DNA from: Octopus sinensis
Lineage: Eukaryota
Length of the DNA stretch: 64,000 nt
Reading direction: 5' to 3'
NCBI RefSeq assembly: GCF_006345805.1
Contig: NC_043006.1
Span: 8,122,001-8,186,000, forward strand
Part shown: piece after piece, positions 36,400 to 50,321 of the stretch
Layout: each line of letters opens with the position of its first letter
Position numbering within the stretch: position 1 is the stretch's first letter
Program-made: the position numbers and the translations under genes
Notes under the pieces: generated by a model
Database searches by the model: none
Told to the model about the DNA's origin: nothing
Seen by the model: the letters and a program-made list of their open reading frames with translations, nothing else

Positions 36400-37340
36400 T
36401 TATAGAGAACACATTTTTTCATCTATACGACAAATCGTTGATCCCTCAGATGTAAAATATTTCGTTTTTCGAAGAAGCAAAAAAACACTTAATATCATTT
36501 TAAAAACTCTTCTCAGTTATTAAACTGTTTCCTTCTAAATAGTGTTGCAATGACCTAGAAAGATGACGGTCAGGTGGATGGAAGCAAATTCCCTCATTTA
36601 GTACCATAATTTTTTTCCCTGAGTGACTTGGGCAATATGTGGTGTTGCATTATCGTGTAAGAGCCGCCTCCCTTTACGGTTGACCAATGATGGGTGCTTT
36701 TTATGCAAATTTTGTGCAGTACTCGGCGATATTTCTCTGCATTTTACTGTTTCGTTTTGGTTTAACACTTTACGATAGACGACACTTCTCATTTCCCCAA
36801 AAAAAGAACATAACGTTTTTCGAGTGGATTCCTGGCTTGGGGGTGGATTCCTCTTTTTCATCAGGTGCTAACTATTCTCACCTTTCATTGGACAGGATTA
36901 TAGAGGACCCACTTTTTGTCAGTTGTGATTTTAAGTTTAATTTTCAATACCGAGCAGAGGGCAACTCTTTGATTATGCAGCCATGTGTTGAGAGACACTG
37001 ATTAAATTTAGACATTTTCCTAGTTCCCGAAGATGTTTTATGATCGACATGTAACTTGAATTGAACTGTTCTGCTAATTCTCGTACAGCTTGCTTTGGAT
37101 TTTCTTCGAGTTCAGTTTTCAGACGCTCATTATTGACAAACGTGGCCGTACACATCGAGGGAAATTTGAGTAAGAAACATTTCTTCATCGGAACTCTCCA
37201 AACCATCGTTGGCGCATCCGAACACTTAAAGCTTTATTTGCATCGACTGAATGACTGTTTCTTGCCGCTTCCATAGCTAAAGAACCATTTTTGAATTCGT
37301 ACAACATGCAGTGTTTTATATAGGTCTGATATAAACTCAG
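36400..37340 (-). mobile_element. Degenerate mariner element
   Basis: LLHDNATPH, RSVVYRKVLNQNETV, RQRWFGEF remnants; many stops; ends approximate. Confidence 0.7.
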
Positions 37341-38510
37341 TCGGCAGGTTGTTCATTTTTGGCTCTCCGCATGACAAAGTTGATGACCAAAAGAAATAAC
37401 AGGGGCGAAAGGAGACAACCTAAAATGAGGAGGGATCCCGAAATGATACTGAGTCCAGCTGGGAATAACCATCGATTTCTTTCTGCTCGTTGGGCGATTT
37501 AAACTGAACCCCTTAATTATACACAGTTTCCCTTATTTCCACTTGGGGTGGTGTACTTACGTATATTTTTACCACAAATACAGCGTCACGCTAACAGTGA
37601 GATCCGAAAGTCTGATCTTTATTACCAAGGCATGTCGGCAACTCTAAATAATAATTATAAAGCGAACTGTGGTGTGTTAAAGAATATTGGAATTCACCAG
37701 ATTATATGCAAGTCATTGATAATTCTAACACCCAACAATACTAAAAGAACTGCTAGGCATAATTTATGATAGATGTGGAAAGATTTGATGATTAGGCACT
37801 CCATGTGAGAAAAAGTCATTAAACTATATTGTTGGATTTTTGTTTGAAGAAGAGAAGGAGAAAATAAAAATATAATGAACTACAAAATTTGTTAGAAAAC
37901 AACTAATAATTAAAATGCATTTGTAAATTAATTTATTTTGACAGTGAAACCCCCCGAGAGAAATGGAAGACTGGAGATAAAGACATTATCACCTCAACTC
38001 AGCTCTGACAGTTCAAATCGCAAACATATGCAAATACACACAAAGAGAGGGGGAGAAAGAGAGAGAGAAATACGCATACACACATGCACGCATACTCACA
38101 CAAACGACAGTCACACAGAAAGTTAATAATATTCATTTCTGTCTTTGACAAAACTAAACAAATTTAAAAGTTATAGCAAGGAAATTTGGCGACATATACC
38201 TGTCTGAAAAACATTAATAACGCAAGACATCGTGGCGCGGGGCGGCAAGACAATGAAAAGCAATTTCTCCCAGGGGCAGATGTAAAACGGGGCAACTTTT
38301 TCTCTGCTTGTCATCCCTGTTAATTAAGGCTAACTGACACTCTACTCGGGTGCTGAGAATACTTTTTATGCAATTGGTTGCTGTAGACAGGATCCTCCCA
38401 AGAATGTTCTGCGTTTCTAATCTTCTATGGAGTCCCTATGACTGTACTGAAGGACTTTAGACACCGTTGTCCCGACTATGCTACAGGTTGTACCAGAGTA
38501 CATGTTACTA

Positions 38511-38599
<89 letters not shown>

Positions 38600-38609
38600 G
38601 TGTGTGTGT

Positions 38610-38900
38610 CTTTTGCTATCATTCCCAGGGAACCTATGGCAACAGGTATTGTTTTAGTCTCTAGGTTCCACATTTTGCTGATTTCTAATTGAAGATCTTT
38701 ATACTTGCTCTGAAGTCTTTCAATATGATGTCTGGCCTATTCGCATCTATTTTTGTGTCAGTTTGAATGGTGAACTTCCAAAGGGGTGAGATGTGATCAT
38801 TTTCAAGCACTGGAGGTGGTTTGTGTTCCCACCAGTTTTTATTATGGGGCAAGTCCAGGCTTTTGCAAATTATGCATTTCCCTACTTTTACGTCACTTTA
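38610..38900 (-). pseudogene. Restriction-like endonuclease domain relic of an R4-type non-LTR element
   Basis: WWEHKPPPVLENDH...FTIQTDTKIDANRPDIILKD...KYKDLQLEISKMWNLETKTIPVAIGSLG. Confidence 0.8.
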
Positions 38901-39135
38901 AATAAAACCCTTGATTCAATAGCACTGTACAAACTCTATAGTTGGAATGACCAATTATAAATACTATTGGACTTTACTCACAAGGTATTGGAATCATATA
39001 TATGCCATTTTGCCTAAATACTGGATATACAAATGCAATATCCCTGCATATCTCACATCTATTTTCATTCCCCAGCTTCACTCTCTATTTCGTATCTTAT
39101 CTAAATTAACTATTGCTTGACCATTTTCTCACACC

Positions 39136-39183
39136 GTCTCCGATGAAGGGATATAATAAATATCCTGGAAACAACTGTAAGAC
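39136..39183 (+). ncRNA. Hammerhead-like motif, U4C variant family (copy 2)
   Basis: GUCU CCGAUGA A GGGAUAU...AUAUCCUG GAA ACAACUGU A AGAC. Confidence 0.55.
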
Positions 39184-39429
39184 GTTATATTTATATATGT
39201 TCTAAAATCTTCACACCCTTAGTTTTTTTATCACATTCTGTAAAGAAAATTATATATATATATATTCCCGACTATGCAACAGGTTGTACCAGAGTACGTA
39301 TTACTAATAGTTTCGTTAGTAGCTGAAAGCTCTTAACTTGGAAAAGTTACATCGCTAACTTTTTCATCTTGAACGAAAAACCTGAGTATGTGTCATAGAT
39401 AATTTATATATATATATTATATCATATTA

Positions 39430-40688
39430 TCAGGTCATCCCATAAGTTCTGTCCGAATTTTGAATAAAGAAAAACAAGTGATCAAATGTTATATTTAATT
39501 GAAATTTAATCCTCAATGTACTTTCCCTGATTATCTATGACTTCCTTCCATCTATTTACAAGCTTTTTAATCCCATCAATGTAAAACTCTTTTGGTTTCA
39601 GAGCGAAGAACTCTGAAACGTCATCTTCGACCTCCTCCTGGCTTTCAAAAGTTATGTTCCCCAAACGATTTTGTAAACTACAAAACAAATGGTAGTCTGA
39701 AGGAACAAGGTCGGGAGAATAAGGTGGATGAGAAATTTTTTCCCAACCAAGCTCTTCGATCATCTGTGATGTGACCTTTGCAGTGTGGAGTCGCGCATTG
39801 TCCTGATGAAACATCAATCCTTTTCGCTTCACTAAAGCGGGTCTTTTTTCTTCAAAGCTTGGTTCAAACGCTCTCATTGCTGATAGTAGACTTGAGCATT
39901 GATTGTTGCATTAAGTGGTAACAATTCAAAGTGAATTACTCCTTTGCAATCCCACCAGATAGAGAGAAGAACCTTTCTTCCATGAAATTCCCTTCTCGTT
40001 TGTAGTTGAGCTTTTTCCCTTTTACCAAGCCACTGTTTACGACGTTTAACATTTCGATAGAAGATCCATTTTTTGTCACCAGTCACAAGTCTATCCAAAA
40101 AGGGTGAAATGAATTCGCGAGAATGGAGAGAAGAGCAGATGTCAATTCAGGATTTACGGTTGCTTTCGGACAATCCATGAAGCACGCACTTTCCAAGTTT
40201 AGGAACCTTTCCAAGTTGTTGAAGATGACGATGAACTGGTTTGAACTGAACTTTATTGCCAATTCTTCAACTAATAATGCAGGATTTTCTTTAAGTAATG
40301 CCTCAAGGAGCTTATCATTAAACTCAACTGGACGTTCTGTTCGATCTTCATCTTCAAGGCTGAGATCTCCATTTTTGAATTTTACAAACCATCTTCTGCA
40401 AGTTCTTTCATTCAAACATTTTTTCCCATAAACTGAGTCGCTTCGGCTGCAGAGTTTCCTTTTTGTACTCATAAAACATTACGTGTCTCAAATGCTCTCC
40501 ATGTTAGAAAGGGTTTAAATCAAAGAAATTTTAATTCTATTATTCTGTAAAATAATATTTAATTAGTTCAAATGTACACAAATGCACTACCATAAATTTT
40601 TAATTCCATTAGACATTCTAAAATACTATTAAATTTCATTCAATTTAAAAAAAAGATAAAATCGGACAGAACTTATGGGATGACCTGA
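39430..40688 (-). mobile_element. Near full-length mariner (DD34D) element with frameshifted transposase
   Basis: ~27 bp perfect TIRs tcaggtcatcccataagttctgtccga; TA TSD; TGDKKW, HQDNA, HPPYSPDLVPSDY. Confidence 0.95.
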
Positions 40689-40779
40689 TATATCATATTA
40701 TTCTATGAAACTGCCTTCAGCTTCGATGAGTACTTGAATGCGAGACCAGAATCAACATGCTTGAGCTATATAGTCCCTA

Positions 40780-41200
40780 TTCATTCCGGACATCACCTAG
40801 GTAACAGCCGCCTTCAATGAGGATATTAATTAGCTTCCTTTTCAATAATACTACAAACGTAGTATCCGTGGGATTAAAATCTGGCGTGTTTGGAGGCCGA
40901 AAATTTAGTGTTACATGATCGTAAAGGCTGGCTGATATCCGTCTTCGGTTAGGTGCACTTTGTGGGAAGGCGCTGTGTTGTGGTTGAAATATGTATGGCC
41001 TTCACTTGCGTACTTCATCCATCCACGGCTTAGCAACTCTCTCCAGAACTTCAACGTAACCAGCATCAAGTATAAAATAATGTGAACAGATGTGAAGTGG
41101 CATGATATGACTTTCGTTATTCACAACTCTGAGAAGCATCACAGTGGCTGGGAATTTTGTGTGCATCACACACGGAAACCTGAAGGATCTACACATAACG
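40780..41200 (-). mobile_element. Tc1/mariner-superfamily (maT-like) transposase fragment
   Basis: TKFPATVM, YVEVLERVAKPW, PPNTPDFNP remnants. Confidence 0.6.
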
Positions 41201-41214
41201 ATTTATCATTTCTC

Positions 41215-41700
41215 CAGTTTGACTTTTGGTGTTGGTCAAAGTTTTTCACATTTAAGAAGAGCCATAGCTTTCTCATATCTCCTCTACATAAATTCACAGA
41301 GACAATCATGGAACAGTGTGTCCCACACCAGCGTTTGATTCCACGCTTTAAAGATGCCCGGGTACTTTCAATTTGTTGAGTGTGAGTCCCATCTTTTGTG
41401 TTTATAGATTCAATGCTATGGTTCACAGTTCTGTGTTTGAAATCATAGTCCAGGATTTCAGGTCGCTGAAGATAGTGGTTCCTGGAAGAACTGAGTGTGG
41501 TATGCAGTCTTTTTCTACACTCCCTGTGCATATGCGCGCATAGTGAGGGTTTTTAAATTTGTTATGTACTGCTTGGCACGAATGATACAGTTGTCCTCAG
41601 TCTTTGCAGATATGAATTGGCCTTTCCTCAGTACATACCATTGGTATCGAATGTTCTCGTACACCACAGTACTAATATTCCACTCAGACGCCTGAATTTA
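41215..41700 (-). mobile_element. Merlin (IS1595/IS1016-like) transposase fragment
   Basis: LPGTTIFSD and HRTVNHS...GTHTQQIES..ASLKRGI motifs. Confidence 0.7.
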
Positions 41701-41821
41701 TTTGGCGATGACCCTCATTGATTTTCAAGGATCATCGATAATGTTACATAAATTGCTGTGTGCTTATAATTCCCGAATATTTACAATGTTTTTTTTTCTT
41801 TAAGATACAATTTAAACCATA

Positions 41822-42216
41822 GGCGTATGAGTGGCTGTGTGGTAGGTAGCTTGCTTATGAACCACATGGTTCCGGGTTCAGTCCCACTGCGTGGCATCCT
41901 GGGCATGTGTCTTCTACTATAGCCTCGGGCTGACCAAAGCCTTGTGAGTGGATTTGGTAGATGGCAGCTGAAAGAAGCCAGTCGTATATATGTATATATT
42001 TATATATGTATGTGTGTATATGTTTGTGTCTGTGTTTGTCTTCCCAAATCCCTTTACAACCGATGCTGGTAACTTAGCTGTTCGGCAAAAGAGACCGATA
42101 GAATAAGTACTAGGCTTACAAAGAATAAGTCCTGGGGTCGATTTGCTCGAATAAAGGCGGTGCTCCAGCATGGCGACAGTCAAATGACTGAAACAAGTAA
42201 AATAGTAAAAGAGAGT
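41822..42216 (+). mobile_element. tRNA-derived SINE family B, full length
   Basis: Matches 34483-34872. Confidence 0.85.
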
Positions 42217-42731
42217 AATCCTGCTAGAGGCTTCCAATTCCATTGCAACGTTTAGGAACTTGACAATTTTCTAAACCGCTGCCTTCCATATATACTGCAA
42301 CAATGACTGCATGTCTGATCCTTCCTTCCTTTCGTTTTTTTTTTTCGTTCGCGTTTTATCGGGCGTGAGGAATCAGAAGGAAATAATACCTTCTCGTTGA
42401 AGAGAGTAATATACTGAAAATTAAGTACTCTCAAATACCCTGTATATGCATAGAGACATAGAGAAAGAGAGATAGTGAGACAAACAGAGAGATAGAGACA
42501 TAAATACTTGGAGACGGGTGAATATATATTAGTATATATGTATGTATGTACATGCATAAGTTCATGTATTGTGTATACAAGTATGCATGTGCGCACGTGT
42601 ATGTGTGTACGTATTTGTGTGCTGTGTGTATATGCATATATTTATGTATGTGGATAGATAGAGAGAGAGAGAGAGAGCGTGAGAGAGAGAGAGAGCGTGA
42701 GAGAGAGAGAGAGAGAGCGTGAGAGAGAAGT

Positions 42732-42794
<63 letters not shown>

Positions 42795-43166
42795 TGTTTC
42801 TTTATTAGCCACACAGGGCTGCACACAGATAGAACAAATTACAAGGTAGAGCTTTTCTTTTGAAGTTTAAAAAAAAAAAAAAAACAAAAAAAACCAATAA
42901 AATAAAAAAAAAGGGGGTGTCGATCAAAAGGGATCGTAAAAGGAGAGAAAGAGGACAAAAAAAGGGGGAGAGGAAAAAAAATTGATCAATAGGGATCGTT
43001 ATCACAGAAATGTCAATATGAAGTGTAAAGGGGTGGACAGGTGAGGTTTACCCGTGGAAAGAAAAGCCTACGGAAAAGACCACGGTAACCTCGGTCAATG
43101 AAGTCACATGTTATATTTCTTTTTTTTTTTTGCAAATAAGCAACTCTCTGTATTAATTTTTACGGT

Positions 43167-46100
43167 TCATAGAATCATAGTCAAGGTGGCTTCGTCATTC
43201 ATACGTGCCATCCTTGCTACATTCACCCATCTTTTTTTAAAACATTCACTAGACAAAACTTGCCTCTCTACTCTCACTTTTTTCTTCAAGTGATACTTGA
43301 AGAAGTTGATGAGAGATTGACCAGAGAGGAAAGTGTTTGTCTCTAATCCTTTCAGACGCGTCCACCAGATACATTCTTTCGCCATAGCCACACGTATGAT
43401 AAAAATAGCTCTTCCTTCCCGTTTGAAGGAAGGAGGCGTGACGATATTAACGATAGACTCGGCTGATAAACCGACACGTCCCACACGTGACAGCAGTCGT
43501 TCGACATAAGCCCACAGGTGGGAAATTGCTGGACACTGCACGATTGCGTGCAGAGCGGTTTCGTCGCTCTGCCCGCATCTCGGGCAGGTCGGCCCCGTGT
43601 TTCTCGAGCCATGCCTATAGAGCTTATCCCGAACGGGTAGCGCTTCTCGGTAGCACCGCCAGGCCAGGGATCTCTGGAAGTTGTCCATAGGTCCCGGCCG
43701 AAAGTCGTTTGAAACAGGCGGGTCAGGTATTCCTCGTCGACGCCCAGGTTTGCCCCGAGCTCGTCGTCGTACCTCCCCTCCACTAATCCCCTATAGAATG
43801 CTTTGGTTGTGTTGAAGTCACTCAAGGTCGACCCGGGACGGCAGAGTTGCTTGAGAGCAACGCGACACTCGCGGTGCCATTCGCCCTTCTTCGGCCTCTT
43901 TTTGATCTACGACTGTAGTTCGGTCATGGAGACGAGTTGCGGGAATGCGTGCCTCACAAACGGCGACCACACCTGTTCACAGTCGTCTACATAGAGCCGG
44001 AGATGTCGCAGTCTCAGCGCGTGTCTGCGCATCATCAACCACGGCATGCCCAGCCCTCCTTTTAACGGGTGTTGACAGCAAATGGATCGCCTGACCATCG
44101 GGACGCATCCTTTCCACAAGAAGCGGAAGAGGATGCGTTCTAGTTTGGTGATGGTAGGGTCGGGACAAGGTACGACGATCAGGCGGTAGTAGATGATGGA
44201 CGCGATGTACGCGTTCACCACCTCCGCCCGACCTTTTAGGGACAGTTTCCTCTCGGCCCATTGCTGGGCGAGAGTGACCACCCTACTCGTTATCTCGTTC
44301 CAGTTCTTCTCCATTTGGAGGTCCGGACCGAACCAGACCCCGAGCAACTCAACCGGGCCGTCTGTCCAGCGTCCCACGACGGAGGTACTGGTGGACGGCA
44401 TGGGCTTGCTTCTCCAGGTGCCGAGCCGCAAGCCCACTGACTTTTCCCGGTTGATTTTTGCTCCTGTCACAGCTTCGTAGTCTTTCAGTGTCTCGCCGAC
44501 CCGCTCGATGTGCTCGTGGCTTGACACTATGACGGTGACGTCGTCCGCGTATGCAGACACGCTCGTCCCGCATCCTAATTCTCGCGGGATGCCCCTCAGA
44601 GTCGCTAGCTTCCGCAGTAGTGGCTCAAGAGTCAATACGTATAGAAGCGCCGAGAGGGGGCATCCCTGACGGACCGAACGTGCAATGTCGAAGGGTCTCG
44701 ATAGATGTCCATTCACGCGAATTACCGAACGGATGCCCCTGTACAAGGCAGCTATCCAGCCGCGGAAGACGGGACCGAAACCAGCCGCTCTCAGGACTGC
44801 CTCCAAGTATCGATGGTCTACCCTATCAAAGGCTTTCGATTGATCCAAGTTGATCAGGGCCCCACCCATGCCAGGTTCGTTAACTACCCTGTCTATGATG
44901 TAGCGCATCAGATGGAGGTGTCATGGATGCTCCGGCCCGGCACGGCGCACGTTTGTGCGTTGTCGACCAGTTTCTCCATGACAAGCGCCAACCTCTTGGC
45001 TAACACCTTTGTCAAAATTTTCAGGTCTGCATTGAGCAGAGTGATTGGCCTAAAGTTATCTATAATGTTTCCCTTGTTTGGATCTTTCTTCAGCAGAGTT
45101 ACAGCTCCTCGACTCACAAAACCGGGTATGCTCCCGTTTTGCTGCCGTGCTGCAGTTCAGTATCGCTGCCAAGACGTCTCCAAACAAGTCTGGCATACAA
45201 TAGTAAAATTCGTAGGGTAGACCATCCAAACCCGGTGATTTGTCCCTCGAGCATTCTGCCATCGCTTCCCGCACTTCCGCCGCCGTGATGGCACCTTCGC
45301 AGCACCCTGCCTTTCTTGTCGAGAGTCGTGGCAGGCTATGTAGGTAGGCACTGAAGTCTACCCTACGTTCTTGCCCTCCACTCGTCCCGAACAGTCGGGC
45401 AAAATGCTGCTGAAAGGCCTCACACATTTTACTTGGCTCGAGCAATTCGCGCCCCTGTTCATCTACCAGTGACCGAATGGTGGCTTTGTTGCCCTGTTGC
45501 ACCTCTGCCACCGGGCCTCTCTCGCGGCTCCAACACCTTCGTTCCTTAGAGCACGCATCCTATCTCTGACAGCACATCCTTCGTGTTTGGCGTTGAAGTG
45601 TTGGTCGAGGGCCAACCTCGCCGCCAAAACGTCGGATGCGATGCCGCTTCTAATTGCCTCTTCTAGCTTCTTAACTAGCTCACCCTCTACTCTATTTGTA
45701 TCTATGGCTAGTGCTTTGCTGTACCTAATCGCTTCTGCTTTTACTGCTCTCTTGAGGGCAAACCACCATTTGTTGTTGATGATGGCTCCCGTCAAAGCCC
45801 TCTTTACTAGTGTGCTAATCCGGTCTCTGAAAACTTGTCTGGACGGGAATGATGCGTTCAGTTTCCAGTACCCAGGACCCTGTCTATGTGCCTTATCTAA
45901 GTCTAGCGTACACGTCACCAATTTGTGATCCGTGTAGCTGACTGTGTGGAATTGTGGACATCCTAAGTTATCCTTGTCTACTGTCCTACACAGTATCCTA
46001 TCTAGATACGATCTCGACGACCCACTGCGGTTGCTCCATGTCCACGTTGGTGCATTTGGGTGGTCGAGTCGGTACCTGTCAGACAGTTGGAATCGTCTGA

Positions 46101-46600
46101 GCAGGTCTCTGAGGCATTTGCATCCCCTTCTGTTTCTGTCTCTACCCACGTAGTCTACATGCGTGTCCAAGGTAGCATTCCAATCCCCCACTAAGAGTAA
46201 AGGACGAGACGTTCCCAAGAATACTTCTAGACGTCGAAAGAAATCCGCCAGACCTGTTAAGGGCGGTGCGTAGACTGATACGAGTCGAAAAGCGCACCCA
46301 TTGCTGCCGTCAACATCCAGAACGATCAGTCTACCCTCCGGGTCTACAAATATCGTCTTGACTTCGAGATCCAGGCTCTTGTGAAAAAGTACCGCGGTGC
46401 CACTACCGCCCATCCTCGGCAGACAGGGAGCGAAATAAATGTTAAACTGTCCGCCAAACATGGACTTTAGGGCCCGTGGCTCGTGGAGTCTGGTCTCACT
46501 TATGGCTATGATTCCCAATCATGTGACTTGATGTCATTTAGGAGGTATCCTTGTTTCCAAGGAGACCCCAAGCCACGCGCATTCACACAACCAATCTTGA
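43167..46600 (-). pseudogene. ORF2: APE endonuclease, reverse transcriptase and C-terminal zinc-binding motif; at least 5 frameshifts
   Basis: IGCVNARGL, ISETR, VYAP, VGDWNA, YLDRI, DHK; DQSKAFDRV, VRQGCPLS, AYADDV; CPRCGQSDETALHAIVQC. Confidence 0.92.
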
Positions 46601-46653
46601 CTATGATTCTATTGGGGTGGTGCTTTAAAACACACAAATGAAAGTACAGAGAG

Positions 46654-48760
46654 TTACTTACTTGTGTCGAAAGTTTTGGCTTCCTCGTTCTTTGATGTGT
46701 CTTCGAGGAGGTTTCTATATAGTTTTTGGGACAGATATTTCTGGAAACCCCCTACAGCATTTGGAAAGAGGGCTTTGAGTTTGTGGTGTTGTGTTTGTGT
46801 GATGTGTAGTATTTTGATGTGTTTGGGTGGTGTAGTGCGTGGATGATTGCTATTTTTAAAGTCATCTTCACAAATGTTTGTGTATCCTGTGATGTACTCC
46901 ATTAGTTTGGAGTCTTTTGTGTCTATCGCTGATAGCATTTTTTTGTGGTGTTGGTGCTTGTTTTGTTGTGTATGGAGTTTTCAGGGTTCAGGTATCTCCC
47001 TGCTTTGGTTGCGATTTCTTGTTTGGTTTTTCTTGATCTTTTTCTTTTACCCCCTGTGGCTATTTGCCATTCTGTCGAACTTTCATCGTTAGATGAAAAG
47101 TCTGACGAATCAGCAGGGGGCAAGGGTAAAGCGTCTGGGTGTGTTTGTGCGGTTGTAGATATTGTTGTGGTGCGCGGGGAGGGTGTTGCTGGGGGGTTTG
47201 TTGTGGTTATTGTCTCTCCTACATCCTTGGTGCTTGTCTTCTTCGTTGTTATTCTTGGTGTTGGAATTGGTTTTTATTTGTTGTTGGTGGTGATGATTCT
47301 GTTCTTGGCGCTGGTGTTGGTGTTGTTTGGTTGGGTTGGCTTGTTCTTTGTTGTTTTTCCTGCATTTCCGCATACAGCTTCTTGACTAGCTGTCCATATT
47401 GTGGTGTGGGCATAATCCTGGCTTTTGTGATTTTTCCTGTGGCTGTTGTTGTTGTTGTAATTTTGCGGCAGATTTGCACTCCTTTTTGAGGTGTGCCTCA
47501 CTGCCACATGTATAGCATCGTGGCCTTCTGCCCTCGACTACTACGTATAACTTGCGGCCATCCTCAAGATGTACGTGGGTGGGGATTTTATTTATGTCCT
47601 CTTGACTTATGTGGAAGAGGAACTCTATTCTCTTTCCCAGCCAGTCCTTGTTTTCCGAAACACCGATATCTAGGATGTTTATGTCCTCCATTTCGGATGT
47701 TAAGGCGGATGTAATCCACAGTGTTGTAGTCACTTGGGGGACACCACTGATAATGACTTTCGTCACCTTCTGGCCGAGGTAACTCGGTGTCAACGTTAGT
47801 TCATCAGAATGAAGGGTTATCGTTGAGAATTTCTTCGCCAACTCTTCATTCTGAAAAACCACCTGTACGTGTGCGAACTTGTTCGCCCAAGTCACACAAT
47901 CCTTGTATCCCCAGATGGGGCGTAAGCACTTTTCGACTTTGTCTGTGCTTGCCTTTTCTGGACTTTTTGTTTTTTTATTTGTGATTTTATATACAATTGT
48001 CTTTTTTTTCTCCTCATTCAGTATGTGCTGAGGTATGTGTAAGAGTATTTTTCCGTTTTGATTTGTAATAAGGTTTCTGCAATCTTTATCTGTTGTGTAG
48101 TAAACGAAACATTTGTTACCTTTTCTTTTATCGCCTCGGCGAAGTTTGTTGTTGTGTTTGTTATTGTTGTTACTGCCGGTGTGTTGGTGTTGATGGCAGG
48201 GGTGTGGGTTGTAGGTTTGTGGTTGCTGATTATGCAACTAGCAAGGGGTGGAAAATTGCCTGCGTAATTTAGTCCTGCATTAGCGCAAATTTCGGCATTT
48301 CGTTTGCTTGTCGTCGTTATTTTTTCACTTGTTGGTGATGGAGTGAGCAGTGGTTGAAGGGAATTGTTGTTGTCGTCGTCGTTGTTGTTGTTGCTGTTGT
48401 TGTTGTTGTTATTGTCGTTCTTGGTGACGGCGGTGGTGTTAGTAGTATTAGTAGCATTGACGGCACGGTCTTTGGTGGCGGTGATGTTGGTATTGTTATT
48501 GTGGCGACGTCTTTAGTAGGGATAGCAGTTTTAGTAGCAGATTCTGCCATGGTGTTGTTGTCGGTGTTGGTGGTGGTGGTGGACTCACTGATGGTGTTGA
48601 CGGTGCTTGGCCTTGCGACCTTTGTTTTGTATTTGTTGCTGTTGTCGATGGTGGCGGAGTTGTCAGGTTCAGCGTAAGATAACAGAGCATCCGTTTTTTT
48701 TCTGCCTCTGCGTCACGCTTGACTTGCAACCTCAGCCTCGTGGTGACCAGTGGCCATTTT
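46654..48760 (-). pseudogene. ORF1 (Gag-like, CCHC zinc knuckle), fragmented
   Basis: EGRRPRCYTCGSEAHLKKEC in 47386-48237; low-complexity T/Q/N/K-rich flanks. Confidence 0.75.
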
Positions 48761-48977
48761 GGAAATAAAATGGCTAAATGAAACCACGAAGGCTATGAGA
48801 ATTTTTTCTTTTAAATTTTGCCCGCAAGGGGCAAAATTTTGTGTCGATATTAATCAAGGTTTGCAGTGGATGTTGTTGCACAACTTTTAAACAGAAAATA
48901 TTTCACAATAAACAATTTTCAACGTACAAAATGACCAACTTACGTGGAGCCCATTTGACTAGCGTCCGTCCATGTCG

Positions 48978-49194
<217 letters not shown>

Positions 49195-49198
49195 GATA

Positions 49199-49398
49199 TG
49201 TTTCTTTATTAGCCACACAGGGCTGCACACAGATAGAACAAATTACAAGGTAGAGCTTTTCTTTTGAAGGTTTAAAAAAAAAAAAAAAAAAAATAGGAAG
49301 GGGGAGTTTCGATCAAAAGGGATCGTAAAAGGAGAGAAAGAGGACAAAAAAGGGGGGTTAAAAAAAAGGGGGAGAGGAAGAAAAAAAGAGAAAAAAAA

Positions 49399-49399
<1 letters not shown>
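49199..49399 (-). mobile_element. Second, 5'-truncated copy (3' UTR only) of the same L1/Tx1 family, between GATA tracts
   Basis: tgtttctttattagccacacagggctgcacacag... matches 42795 onward. Confidence 0.85.
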
Positions 49400-49490
<91 letters not shown>

Positions 49491-49511
49491 GTAAGTAGGT
49501 AGGTAGGTAGG

Positions 49512-49578
<67 letters not shown>

Positions 49579-50321
49579 ACAGGGGTGTTTACAAAATTAT
49601 CCTTCAATGTTAAAAGCCTCATATTTATTGCTATATTGTAATATAGTTTTGGATATCGACCTGAATACATCGATTGAATTCTTCCTGCTGGGATCTGTCA
49701 TTTACTAATTGACATGTCTGGCTCTAAGATCAATAACGGCAACTATTCGATACAATTTTACCAATACCAGACCATCTGTCGAAACTACTGCACAAAATTT
49801 ACCGGTCACTGACTCCCTAACTATCAACATTGCATTTCTCACAACTCACCCTATGACTGACCAATATATCACTGCCTCAGTACTGACCAATATATCATTA
49901 CGCCTGAGTTCTTTAGAGGAATCCAGTAGTACTGGCATCCTGCTGACGTCTACCGAAAAGTAGATTTCAACTTACTAGAAAGAAATTAGACGTCATTTAT
50001 TTTATATTCATGTCTAAGAAAGTGTGTGATGCTTATCATAGTACATATTTACAGCGTGGTAGAAGGTACCATCAATGATAATAAGGGGTCATGACCAGTC
50101 ACCCCATTTACCTGTCACCCCATTTTATTATTACTAATACTTTTCCAACCTTCTTTCCATACTGCTACTGTTCCATGCTCTGCCACCGCCCCAATTTTAT
50201 GTACCTACACTTAATATATAAAACGGACGAAAATTCAACTCTTTATGCAACACCATGCGTATTGTGTGTCTTGTTAGTCCACTTCATAGCGTGCTGCTAT
50301 CTTAACTCACTCCTGAGAGAG

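Noticed and set aside
39290-39375. Minus-strand GAA ACUAUUAGU A with a GUUAG/CUAAC stem II
   Set aside because: Core and stem I need about four substitutions; insufficient support
46623-46661. GTAAGT...polypyrimidine-AG between ORF1 and ORF2, suggesting a spliced ORF1-ORF2 fusion
   Set aside because: Only 39 nt, and splicing gives an immediate in-frame stop; a mutated ORF2 start is a simpler explanation
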